Made by a program: the position numbers and the translations under genes. The notes beneath the pieces were generated by a model. The model ran no database searches. It had not been told where the DNA came from and saw nothing but the letters and a program-made list of their open reading frames with translations. Positions 17,975 through 25,934 of a stretch of DNA of 32,000 bases are shown here, in pieces. Within the stretch, counting starts at the first letter, position 1. The number at the start of each line of letters is the position of its first letter. Source of the stretch: Acaryochloris thomasi RCC1774 (GTDB lineage: Bacteria; Cyanobacteriota; Cyanobacteriia; Thermosynechococcales; Thermosynechococcaceae); the NCBI RefSeq assembly GCF_003231495.1, contig NZ_PQWO01000004.1, positions 210,001-242,000 on the forward strand, given 5' to 3'.

Positions 17975-19957
17975 TTACCAGCTTCCGCCCGCACCACCGC
18001 CGCCGCTGGAGCCGCCTCCAAAGCTGCCGCCACTACTGCCGCCAGAAGAACCACCAGCACTTCCTCCCGAGCTATAGCTACCGCTAGACCCGCTCGAATA
18101 ACTTGAACTCGAAGAAGAACTACGTCTGACTTTGGGTTTGGGCTTGCGCTTCTGCCAACGTTTGATGTTTTCATAGCCACACAAATGACAAGTTTCCGTG
18201 CGGTAGTAGTAGATGTGAATCAAATCCCCAGATTTGCGCTGTGTCGTTTCGCTCTCTAAGGTATCGGCTTTACACTCGGGGCAGTCAGTCTTGGACTTGC
18301 GGAAACGGCGTTTTAGATAAGCGGTGCCGGGACGCTGCTCAGGATGACAATGCTGACAGCTATAAGCCTGATATTTGATATTGCCGATATCGATCGCGAT
18401 CGCCTCTGCTTTACTTAAGCTTTCAGGGTGCAGCGTTGCTTTTCTCACTTGCTCAGAGAGGGTCAAGCCACGCTTGCCGAGACCAAAGCCACAGTCTCGG
18501 CAAGCGGTTTGTTTCTCTAGATGTTGTTTTTGAAAAGAAAGCCAGAGCTGCCGTAAGAGGTTGGCTAAATAGATAGACACCACCAATGAAAAAGCAGCGG
18601 AGATCTGTGCTGAAGTCACATCGGGAGCAAACGTGCTACTTGGTTCAGTCGCTGCCGTCAAGGCGGGGATAGTATAAAAGAGGAAACAGAGGATGCCGAT
18701 TACCACCAGAGCAGAATTGACACATCCAGAGGCCGAAGACGTCTTAAAGAAGGTCTTGGCTGACCAGGGTTTCAGCTCACGCTGCCGACAAAACTTGGAT
18801 TGCAGTTGAGCCACTCTGCAGGCCGTCAATCTCAATATTAACGACTGTCCCTTGATTAAACCCACAAATGCAGCAGGAATAGCCAGGAGAATCCAGGGAG
18901 TTTGCGATCGCATCAAAGCCACAATGGCCCATCCCATCAAACCTGCGCTGAGAGTCGCTAGTCCCACCCCTGCCAAACCGCCATAGCTATACATGCTCCA
19001 TCCAAGCGGAGGCAATTGAATGGCGGCAGCCTGTAGCCTTACCCCTTCATTTAATTGTTGCTCCTGGGAATGGCCTCCAGTCGAGAGGCTATGGGGAGTG
19101 AGCTGCGCAGCCTTCAATCGACTTTGAACACGATTTAGGAAACAAACTAACCCCAGAATCGAGAGCAATCCCCCAGAGACTGAAAGTTGCTTATAGAGTG
19201 GCAAGCGTTGCTGTTGTTCCGCCTCCAACTCCACCCGCCGTCGCGCCTCAGCCAGTGATCGCTCCTGTTGACGCTGACGTTCTACTTGTCTCTGTTTTTC
19301 TCGTTTCTGTTGATACTGAAGCCGCCGTTTTGCTTGTTCTTCCTTGTAAAGTTTTTCCTGATGTCGCGCCACTGCCAAGGCAGCTGCCTTTTGGGTTAAA
19401 GGCTCCGAAATACTATCTGGCAGCTTCAGATCTGGGGCAATTCCCAAAACCACGGCCAGAGTCCCGTTGACAATCCCTGTCTCATAGGCCTCACGCTTAA
19501 ACTCTGGAATCATCTCGGTGCGAATGATTGCCCCGACCTTTGCATCGGGCAAAATTGCTTCCATCCCGTACCCTGTCTCAATCTCAACTCGACGATCGCC
19601 CTTCGATACCATCACCAGCACACCGTTATCTTGCCCCTCTTTCCCAATCCCCCAGGTATTAAACAGTTCTGTAGTAAAGGCTTTAGGAGAAGCAGAGGGC
19701 GCAACATCAGGCACCGTCACGACGGCCACTTCTGCGCCATTGTTCTCTTCTAGCTGGGTGAGTAAAGCATTGAGCTGAGCTTCTGCATTGTCGCTAAGCA
19801 GATTAGCTTGATCTGAGACCCAACCCCCATTTGCCTGTCGCGGATTCACCACATCAGAAATTTGAATCGCAGTGCTGGGCAGCACGAGGGCTAGCAAGAA
19901 ACTCAGACCTAAAACAAACCCTATTGGGGCGCGGTGTCCCATTCGTTGAGGGAGCAT
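17975..19957 (-). CDS. TPM-domain membrane protein, paralogue A (signal anchor, TPM, ER/K-rich helix, about 5 TM, double CxxC zinc-ribbon-like module, poly-Ser, Gly tail)
   Basis: The TPM core is about 70% identical to paralogue B by eye (WVSDQANLLS...GAEVAVVTVPD...FTTELFNTWGIGKEGQDNGVLVMVSKGDRRVEIETGYG). It has the same GGGSSGGGGAGGSW end. The start is set at ATG 19957 (MLPQRMGHRAPIGFVLGLSFLL...). The ORF-track start at 20059 would overlap the upstream lipoprotein gene. Confidence 0.85.
   Translation of the reverse strand: MLPQRMGHRAPIGFVLGLSFLLALVLPSTAIQISDVVNPRQANGGWVSDQANLLSDNAEAQLNALLTQLEENNGAEVAVVTVPDVAPSASPKAFTTELFNTWGIGKEGQDNGVLVMVSKGDRRVEIETGYGMEAILPDAKVGAIIRTEMIPEFKREAYETGIVNGTLAVVLGIAPDLKLPDSISEPLTQKAAALAVARHQEKLYKEEQAKRRLQYQQKREKQRQVERQRQQERSLAEARRRVELEAEQQQRLPLYKQLSVSGGLLSILGLVCFLNRVQSRLKAAQLTPHSLSTGGHSQEQQLNEGVRLQAAAIQLPPLGWSMYSYGGLAGVGLATLSAGLMGWAIVALMRSQTPWILLAIPAAFVGLIKGQSLILRLTACRVAQLQSKFCRQRELKPWSAKTFFKTSSASGCVNSALVVIGILCFLFYTIPALTAATEPSSTFAPDVTSAQISAAFSLVVSIYLANLLRQLWLSFQKQHLEKQTACRDCGFGLGKRGLTLSEQVRKATLHPESLSKAEAIAIDIGNIKYQAYSCQHCHPEQRPGTAYLKRRFRKSKTDCPECKADTLESETTQRKSGDLIHIYYYRTETCHLCGYENIKRWQKRKPKPKVRRSSSSSSSYSSGSSGSYSSGGSAGGSSGGSSGGSFGGGSSGGGGAGGSW
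17978..18127 (-). repeat. Low-complexity Ser/Gly-coding tract at the 3' end of TPM paralogue A
   Basis: It encodes RRSSSSSSSYSSGSSGSYSSGGSAGGSSGGSSGGSFGGGSSGGGGAGGSW. The last ~30 nt are nearly identical (27/30 by my alignment) to the 3' end of paralogue B. Confidence 0.7.
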
Positions 19958-20007
19958 TGATTTCAAAGATTTATGAGAACAGTAGAGGACTCTGATGGCC
20001 ACAGTTT

Positions 20008-20484
20008 TTATGCGGCAGGTTGTGAGGTCAATTCCTCTGGGGCCGTCCCGTTTTTGCAATAGCTTTGCGTCGCATTGAATGTGGACACGAATGATTGGGA
20101 TGCCGCTGTATTTTGTGCGATCACAGCTTGGGCCTGCGGGCTGTCGTCGAAACTGCCGCTTGGACCTGAAAGCTGGGCCAGTTGGAGAGTGGCTTGACTT
20201 TGCTCTCGCATGGATTGAGCTAGGTGCGATCGCAAATTGCTCAGTTTTTTATCGTCTAGCTTCAATGCGTCTAAATCAGTCGCTGTTTGGGTTGCTAGCT
20301 TCGATAGCGTAGATAGACCACCCGGCTTATCCATCAGGGAGGGCGTGACTGAAGACAAGCTGTTGACAATATCTCCGACTTTCTGGCATTGCGCCACTTT
20401 GGTTTCGCCTCCGCAAGCGTTGATCAGACCGGCGCATAGGAGCATCGAGCATAGCAAGGCAGACGATAGACGCTGTGTTCTCAT
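20008..20484 (-). CDS. Small lipoprotein of unknown function; first gene of the TPM/LemA cluster
   Basis: ATG at 20484 (or 20493) gives MRTQRLSSALLCSMLLCAGLINAC, a signal peptide with a lipobox Cys. The mature part is Q/S/A/L-rich and looks helical. The longer ORF-track form (20586) adds a non-signal N-terminus. Confidence 0.6.
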   Translation of the reverse strand: MRTQRLSSALLCSMLLCAGLINACGGETKVAQCQKVGDIVNSLSSVTPSLMDKPGGLSTLSKLATQTATDLDALKLDDKKLSNLRSHLAQSMREQSQATLQLAQLSGPSGSFDDSPQAQAVIAQNTAASQSFVSTFNATQSYCKNGTAPEELTSQPAA

Positions 20485-20991
20485 CGAATTCATCCGATTC
20501 CAGTGTTTTAGGGAGTGTGCCCACTGGAACGATCGTTGAGAACACTGAGAAACTTGATCTGCCGCATTGTTGGGAAATCTATACAACAGATTAAATATGC
20601 GCCGCTTATTCAGGGATCGATCTACAATTCAAAACTTATACCCAAATCAGTTCATCCTCGGGACTGAATAAAACTCCAGCGAAGCTTTAGTTCACTCATT
20701 AACTACAGGAGTTTTTACGTCACGAATGTCAGCGTTTTGAACCATTGCCCACGGCTGAGCCTGATCCAGAAAGCGATCCTAAGAAATGGATTCTCCTTGC
20801 TTAAGTCAAGCAGCCAGCACTCAATCTGAAGTTTAGATTCAGTAGAAATTATCTCCCCATTGCCCGTAAAGACCTTTAAGCCCTTGGCTACTTCTATCTC
20901 ACGATCGCCTTGACCCATTTGCCTTACTGAGGCGCTAGGATACCAACAAGGCAATAAGTATTTATACCTACTAAAGTACAAAGGAGCGCTC

Positions 20992-22614
20992 ATGACTGTT
21001 GCTGTTTCTAAAGCAGTTGACACCAGCCCAGCCCAAGAGGCATCAACTCAGACTCAGCTTGTGGTGGGAATTCCCAAAGAGGTTTTTCCCGGAGAGTGCC
21101 GCGTTGCCGCTACGCCAGAAACATCACAAAAGCTGCAAAAGCTTGGCTTCAAGGTCCTGATCGAATCCGGTGCCGGTGCCGCCGCTAATTTTTCAGATAC
21201 CGCCTATGAAGAGGCCGGTTGTCACATCGTTTCTGACGCTGCAACCCTCTGGGGATCGTCAAAAATCATCCTCAAGGTGCGCGCGCCACAGGTGAATCCT
21301 GCTTCCAGTCAGCATGAGTCAGAGCTGCTCACCGAAGATAAAACGCTGATTAGCTTTATTTGGCCTGCTCAAAATGCTGAGTTGCTAGAACAGCTTGCTG
21401 CTCGCAAAGCAACCGTCCTGGCAATGGACTCGATCCCCAGAATCTCGCGGGCGCAGAAAATGGATGCCCTTAGCTCGATGGCAAACATTGCCGGGTATCG
21501 AGCCGTGATTGAGGCTGCTCAAAACTTTGGTCGCTTTTTCACTGGACAAATCACTGCTGCGGGTAAAGTGCCGCCAGCGAAAGTGCTGGTAATTGGTGCA
21601 GGCGTGGCGGGTCTCGCGGCCATTGGTGCCGCCCGTAGCTTGGGTGCAATTGTGCGAGCCTTTGATACGCGACCTGTTGTCAAAGAACAGGTTCAAAGCA
21701 TGGGGGCTGAATTCTTAGAGCTTGAGTTTGAAGAAGATGGCACAGGCCAGGGTGGCTATGCCAAAACGATGAGTAAAGAGTTCATCGACGCAGAAATGGC
21801 GCTGTTTTTAGAGCAGGCCCATGACGTCGATATCATCGTCACTACCGCACTGATTCCTGGTCGTCCAGCGCCGAAGCTGATCACCGAAGAAATGGTAAAC
21901 GCCATGAAAGATGGCTCTGTGATTGTCGATATGGCGGCAGAGCAGGGCGGTAACTGTGAGCTAACGAAGCCCAACGAAATTTATTGCCACAACGGGGTTT
22001 CCATTCTGGGTCTAACGGATCTACCTAGCCGGATGGCGAGTCAGTCCAGTCAGCTGTACGGCACCAACCTCTGGCATCTGCTCAAGGATATGGGCGGCTC
22101 TGACAACTACAATGTCAATTTTGAAGACGAGGTGGTGCGGGGCGCGTTGGTCATGCACGAAGGTGAGATCACTTGGCCTGCCCCTAAGCCTGAACCCAGT
22201 CCGGCGGCGGCAGCTCCAGCGCAAAAAGCTGAGGTCCAAGCACCGACTGCAGTGGTTGAAGCTGAACCGTTTCCTTTAAAAGGTTTGCTGTGGCCTGTAT
22301 TAGCAGGTCTAGCGTTAGTGGGCGTTGGTATTGGTGCACCGCCATCTTTCCTCTCGCACTTCACCGTGTTTGTGTTGGCCTGTTTTGTGGGCTGGCAGGT
22401 GATCTGGAATGTTTCTCCAGCCTTGCATACGCCTTTGATGAGTGTGACCAACGCCATTAGCGGCATTATTATTCTCGGCGGAATGCTCCAGATTTCGGGG
22501 CCGCTGACCTCGCCGACGACTGTTTTAGGTGCGATCGCAATTCTAGTGGGCACCATCAATATCTCCGGGGGCTTTTTGGTCACCCAACGAATGCTGCAGA
22601 TGTTCCGTAAGTAG
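20992..22614 (+). CDS. pntA: NAD(P) transhydrogenase subunit alpha (PntA; dI plus membrane dII-alpha)
   Basis: 540 aa. AlaDH/PNT N-terminal domain, Rossmann motif [17 protein letters not shown], and C-terminal TM helices. AAGGAG lies 6 nt upstream of the ATG. Confidence 0.95.
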   Translation: MTVAVSKAVDTSPAQEASTQTQLVVGIPKEVFPGECRVAATPETSQKLQKLGFKVLIESGAGAAANFSDTAYEEAGCHIVSDAATLWGSSKIILKVRAPQVNPASSQHESELLTEDKTLISFIWPAQNAELLEQLAARKATVLAMDSIPRISRAQKMDALSSMANIAGYRAVIEAAQNFGRFFTGQITAAGKVPPAKVLVIGAGVAGLAAIGAARSLGAIVRAFDTRPVVKEQVQSMGAEFLELEFEEDGTGQGGYAKTMSKEFIDAEMALFLEQAHDVDIIVTTALIPGRPAPKLITEEMVNAMKDGSVIVDMAAEQGGNCELTKPNEIYCHNGVSILGLTDLPSRMASQSSQLYGTNLWHLLKDMGGSDNYNVNFEDEVVRGALVMHEGEITWPAPKPEPSPAAAAPAQKAEVQAPTAVVEAEPFPLKGLLWPVLAGLALVGVGIGAPPSFLSHFTVFVLACFVGWQVIWNVSPALHTPLMSVTNAISGIIILGGMLQISGPLTSPTTVLGAIAILVGTINISGGFLVTQRMLQMFRK

Positions 22615-22788
22615 AGTGTGGGGTGTTTGTAAGGGGTGGTTGAGCAGTATCACCGACTTTGAACTAGCTCCCCAATTCTGGGGGGAGAGTAGCGACGGTT
22701 ATTCTCGTCATCACCATTTGATACGTTTTCTGAAATCTAAATCTATTTACCCAGTACCGACTAACAGCTACGGAAGAAGAAATTAGCT

Positions 22789-24219
22789 ATGACCAATAGT
22801 CTTGTCACCGTCGCTTATATTGCGGCTAGTGCGTTATTCATTCTAAGTCTGGCTGGCCTCTCTAACCAAGAGACTGCCCGCAAAGGAAACCTCTACGGCA
22901 TTGCCGGAATGCTGATTGCCTTTGTCGCCACTGCCCTAGGTAGCCAGGTGACAGGATATACAACCCTCATTGCCGTGATTATCCCCGGCGTGATCATTGG
23001 GGCGATTTTAGCTTCTCGGGTCGCCATGACCTCTATGCCTGAGCTAGTTGCCATTCTGCACAGCTTCGTCGGCTTAGCCGCCGTACTGGTGGGAATCGGC
23101 AACTATCTGCAGCCGGAGTCAGGTTTGACTGGATCTGAAGAAGTGATTCACCAGATCGAAATCTATATCGGTGTCTTTATTGGGGCCGTTACTTTCACCG
23201 GTTCCATCATCGCCTTCGGTAAGCTACGGGCCATTTTGGGCAGTAAGCCTCTAATGCTTCCCGGCCGCCATATTTTGAATATCAGTCTGTTGGTGGCAAC
23301 CGTTGTCTTTGGTGTGCAGTTCATGGGGGCTGACAGCACTGCCGCTGGCCTCACGCCACTGTTGATTATGACGGGTCTGGCAAGCTTTCTTGGCATTCAC
23401 CTCGTGGTTTCCATTGGTGGGGCTGACATGCCGGTGGTGATTTCTATGCTGAACAGCTACTCTGGCTGGGCGGCTGCAGCGGCGGGCTTTATGCTCTCTA
23501 ACGACCTGCTGATTATTATTGGTGCGCTTGTTGGCAGCAGTGGTGCGATTCTGAGCTACATCATGTGTGAAGCGATGAACCGCTCTTTCTTCAGCGTTAT
23601 TCTAGGCGGATTTGGTACTGGAGCACCTACCGGCGAAGCGAAGAAAATTGAAGGTGAAGCGACACCGACCACCGTTGAAGAGACGGCTGAAAAGCTGCGG
23701 AACGCCAAGAACATCATTATCGCCCCTGGTTATGGAATGGCTGTGGCTCAGGCTCAGCATTCGGTGGCTCAGATTACGAAGAATCTGAGAGATCGCGGTG
23801 CTAATGTCCGTTTCGGGATTCACCCTGTTGCCGGTCGTCTACCCGGTCACATGAACGTGCTGCTAGCTGAGGCCAATCTCCCCTACGACATCGTGCTGGA
23901 GATGGACGAAATCAACGATGACTTTGGTGAAACCGATCTGGTGCTTGTGATTGGCGCTAACGATACGGTGAACCCCAGTGCAATCGAAGATCCCAACAGC
24001 CCCATTGCCGGGATGCCGGTTCTCGAAGTTTGGAACGCTGAAAATGTTGTGGTTATGAAGCGCAGCCTTGGTAGCGGCTATGCAGGTGTTGATAATCCTC
24101 TGTTTTATAAAGAGAACACTGACATGCTGTTTGGTGATGCTCGGGAGAACGTGGATGCCATTCTTGGTCAGTTGGCGGCCAAGTCTTCTGGCAAAACTTT
24201 GGTGGGAGCCGGAAAGTAG
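22789..24219 (+). CDS. pntB: NAD(P) transhydrogenase subunit beta (PntB)
   Basis: 476 aa. Multi-TM N-terminal part and a C-terminal NADP(H)-binding dIII: [45 protein letters not shown]. Confidence 0.95.
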   Translation: MTNSLVTVAYIAASALFILSLAGLSNQETARKGNLYGIAGMLIAFVATALGSQVTGYTTLIAVIIPGVIIGAILASRVAMTSMPELVAILHSFVGLAAVLVGIGNYLQPESGLTGSEEVIHQIEIYIGVFIGAVTFTGSIIAFGKLRAILGSKPLMLPGRHILNISLLVATVVFGVQFMGADSTAAGLTPLLIMTGLASFLGIHLVVSIGGADMPVVISMLNSYSGWAAAAAGFMLSNDLLIIIGALVGSSGAILSYIMCEAMNRSFFSVILGGFGTGAPTGEAKKIEGEATPTTVEETAEKLRNAKNIIIAPGYGMAVAQAQHSVAQITKNLRDRGANVRFGIHPVAGRLPGHMNVLLAEANLPYDIVLEMDEINDDFGETDLVLVIGANDTVNPSAIEDPNSPIAGMPVLEVWNAENVVVMKRSLGSGYAGVDNPLFYKENTDMLFGDARENVDAILGQLAAKSSGKTLVGAGK

Positions 24220-24269
24220 ACCTCTTTGGAAGTTGAAGTCAGCCGACTTTGCTTCCAGCCAATATAAAT

Positions 24270-24303
24270 AAAGGGTAGTCAGCATTCGTGTTGTCTACCC
24301 TTT
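24270..24303. terminator. Rho-independent-type terminator hairpin between the convergent pntB and sixA-like genes
   Basis: AAAGGGTAG (24270-24278), 16-nt loop, CTACCCTTT (24295-24303), followed by GTTCTT. It lies 51 nt after the pntB stop and 59 nt after the sixA-like stop on the other strand. Confidence 0.55.
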
Positions 24304-24361
24304 GTTCTTAGAATCCATCGATCATCTTGGCTGTATGCCATTGATGGTCGATTTAAAGAAC

Positions 24362-24853
24362 CTACGGCTGAAAAAGTTTAGGCTGCAACAACCACCGAAG
24401 AACCCCTTGCCCACAGGTAACCTGTTGCCAAATATCGACATCAAAATCGATCCGCGCTATTGCTCCCGTAGGGAAGCGGAGCTGTCCCCCTCCAATCAGC
24501 TGTGATGCTAAAGCTGAGCAAGTGGGTTCGTGGCCTGCTAACAGCAAAGTATTGATCTCGATAGCGACCTGATGAATGATAGTCAGAACCTGGGTAGGGC
24601 TAGCCTCATAAAGCTGATTGGTGACCTGGACTGGACAGCCCCATTGTCCCGCCTGCAGGGCTAGCTCCACTGTTCGTTTGGCTCTGACAGCAGAAGAAGT
24701 AATCACGAGATCGGGTGTTGCATTGCTCAATAGACGACCCATTGTTTTGGCGGTTTCAATACCCCGCTTTGTGAGGTTGCGATCGCAATCCTTTTTATAA
24801 ACCGCACTCCAGTCAGACTTACCGTGACGAAAAAGGATGAGTTTCTTACTCAT
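24362..24853 (-). CDS. sixA: SixA-like histidine phosphatase superfamily protein
   Basis: The ATG at 24853 (MSKKLILFRHGKSDW) is preceded by AGGGG with a 5-nt spacer. It lies 13 nt after the upstream stop. RHG and GHEP catalytic motifs are present. The ORF-track start at 24883 would overlap the upstream gene. Confidence 0.85.
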   Translation of the reverse strand: MSKKLILFRHGKSDWSAVYKKDCDRNLTKRGIETAKTMGRLLSNATPDLVITSSAVRAKRTVELALQAGQWGCPVQVTNQLYEASPTQVLTIIHQVAIEINTLLLAGHEPTCSALASQLIGGGQLRFPTGAIARIDFDVDIWQQVTCGQGVLRWLLQPKLFQP

Positions 24854-24866
24854 AAATACCCCTGCT

Positions 24867-25934
24867 TTAGGCCGTAAAAGCAACCTGAATAAGCTGTGAG
24901 TCAGGTGGGGGTACCTGCACGTTTCGAGGACGAGTCCGAATGAGATAGTAACCTTTAGTAGGAAAGGGAGGAACCGTCACGGTTTCTTGCTCAATCTTGG
25001 TGTAAAACAGGGGCAGGCTAGAACGGCTATAGAGCGTGAAGTAAATATCGTAGTTTTGTAACGCCGTAGGGTGCAGGGAGAGAGAGAGAGCCTGCTGCGC
25101 TTCAACATAGTCATAGAAAAAGGCTGTGTCAGGATTGCCCACGGGTAGATATTCTCGGGTGACAAAGGCCTCTGGCAGCCAGGGGCGAAGCTGAAGGAGC
25201 GTATAGATATAGTAGTGAAGTGCAAGATAAAACCCGTTGTGGCGATCGCTTAGATGGCGATAAAACGCATTGGTCTCTGCAGAAGCCGTCTGGGCATTGA
25301 TAGTGGGCGGCTCTGACGATGATGGGTTTTCGGTGTCGGCAGGAGTTTGATCATCGGCTCCTGGCGCAACGGTGACGGCATCGGCCTGAACGCTGGGGAA
25401 TTCAACAGCTCCCGAACATTCGTAATATCGGAGGGCCAAACTATATTTTCCGGGTGCGACTTTGAGGGTGTGCTGTAGCTCTGCACCCTGTTCGAGTGAG
25501 CTGAGCTGGGCCACGGTGGCATAGTCAGGATAGCGATAAACAACAATGGTCCAGGATTGCGCCGATTGGCGCGGAGGAGTCAGGTCAATCGAAATAGCTT
25601 CCTGAGCAGCAAAAGGACCGACGGTGCCAATGATGGCGTGGGTGTTCCAGCGGGGGCCTTTGGTCATCAGCACCGGGAGCACGATGGGAATGCTCAACAC
25701 GTCGGTAGAGAGAACCTGCCACTGGGTCGCTCGGTTGCGATCTCGACTCAAATAAATCCCATAGAAAAGCCCAATCAACGTCTTCACGACCTTGAAAAAG
25801 CAAAAGGACAGCACGGCCAAGGGAAGTTCCCAGAGCAGAGAAAGCGGCAGGGGACGCCTAGTGTTGCTCACGGGTTTGAACCTCTGCCGAGTCCAGAAGA
25901 GCCAAAATCTGCTGAGATAGCTCTGCGGATGCAT
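24867..25934 (-). CDS. Hypothetical membrane-anchored protein, no family recognised; overlaps the 3' end of the PKS gene
   Basis: 355-aa ORF. N-terminal hydrophobic segments are LPLAVLSFCFFKVVKTLIGLFYGIYL and VLSIPIVLPVLM. A Tyr-rich soluble body follows. ATG at 25934 overlaps ols by 77 nt. An in-frame GTG at 25871 would overlap by 14 nt. The start is uncertain. Confidence 0.65.
   Translation of the reverse strand: MHPQSYLSRFWLFWTRQRFKPVSNTRRPLPLSLLWELPLAVLSFCFFKVVKTLIGLFYGIYLSRDRNRATQWQVLSTDVLSIPIVLPVLMTKGPRWNTHAIIGTVGPFAAQEAISIDLTPPRQSAQSWTIVVYRYPDYATVAQLSSLEQGAELQHTLKVAPGKYSLALRYYECSGAVEFPSVQADAVTVAPGADDQTPADTENPSSSEPPTINAQTASAETNAFYRHLSDRHNGFYLALHYYIYTLLQLRPWLPEAFVTREYLPVGNPDTAFFYDYVEAQQALSLSLHPTALQNYDIYFTLYSRSSLPLFYTKIEQETVTVPPFPTKGYYLIRTRPRNVQVPPPDSQLIQVAFTA

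Noticed and set aside
16086-18180. ORFs 16086..16355 and 17887..18180 (Ala/Val/Pro-rich)
   Set aside because: They are out-of-frame readings of the poly-Ser/Gly simple-sequence tails of the TPM genes. The repeats are also not a CRISPR array: the units are 9-12 nt, are coding, and have no spacers.
19958-20059. 34-codon N-terminal extension of TPM paralogue A in the ORF track
   Set aside because: It would overlap the 3' end of the upstream lipoprotein gene by 52 nt and precedes a perfectly good signal peptide starting at Met35 (19957). Paralogue B aligns only from the signal peptide onward.
20958-20971. GTA-N8-TAC (GTATTTATACCTAC) 21 nt upstream of the pntA ATG, considered as an NtcA site
   Set aside because: The minimal 6-nt pattern is expected about 8 times by chance in 32 kb. 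It lacks the flanking T/A of the full consensus. It also sits too close to the start codon for a class II activator position. At most it is a weak candidate repressor site.
20715-21023. 102-aa minus-strand ORF in the pntA upstream region
   Set aside because: It overlaps the pntA start and RBS, has no motifs or RBS, and lies in what is best read as the divergent promoter region.
22668-22687. GC-rich 6-bp hairpin (CTCCCC-N8-GGGGAG) in the 174-nt pntA-pntB spacer
   Set aside because: The stem is short with no U-tract. pntA and pntB must be co-expressed, so a terminator is unlikely. There is insufficient evidence for a regulatory role.
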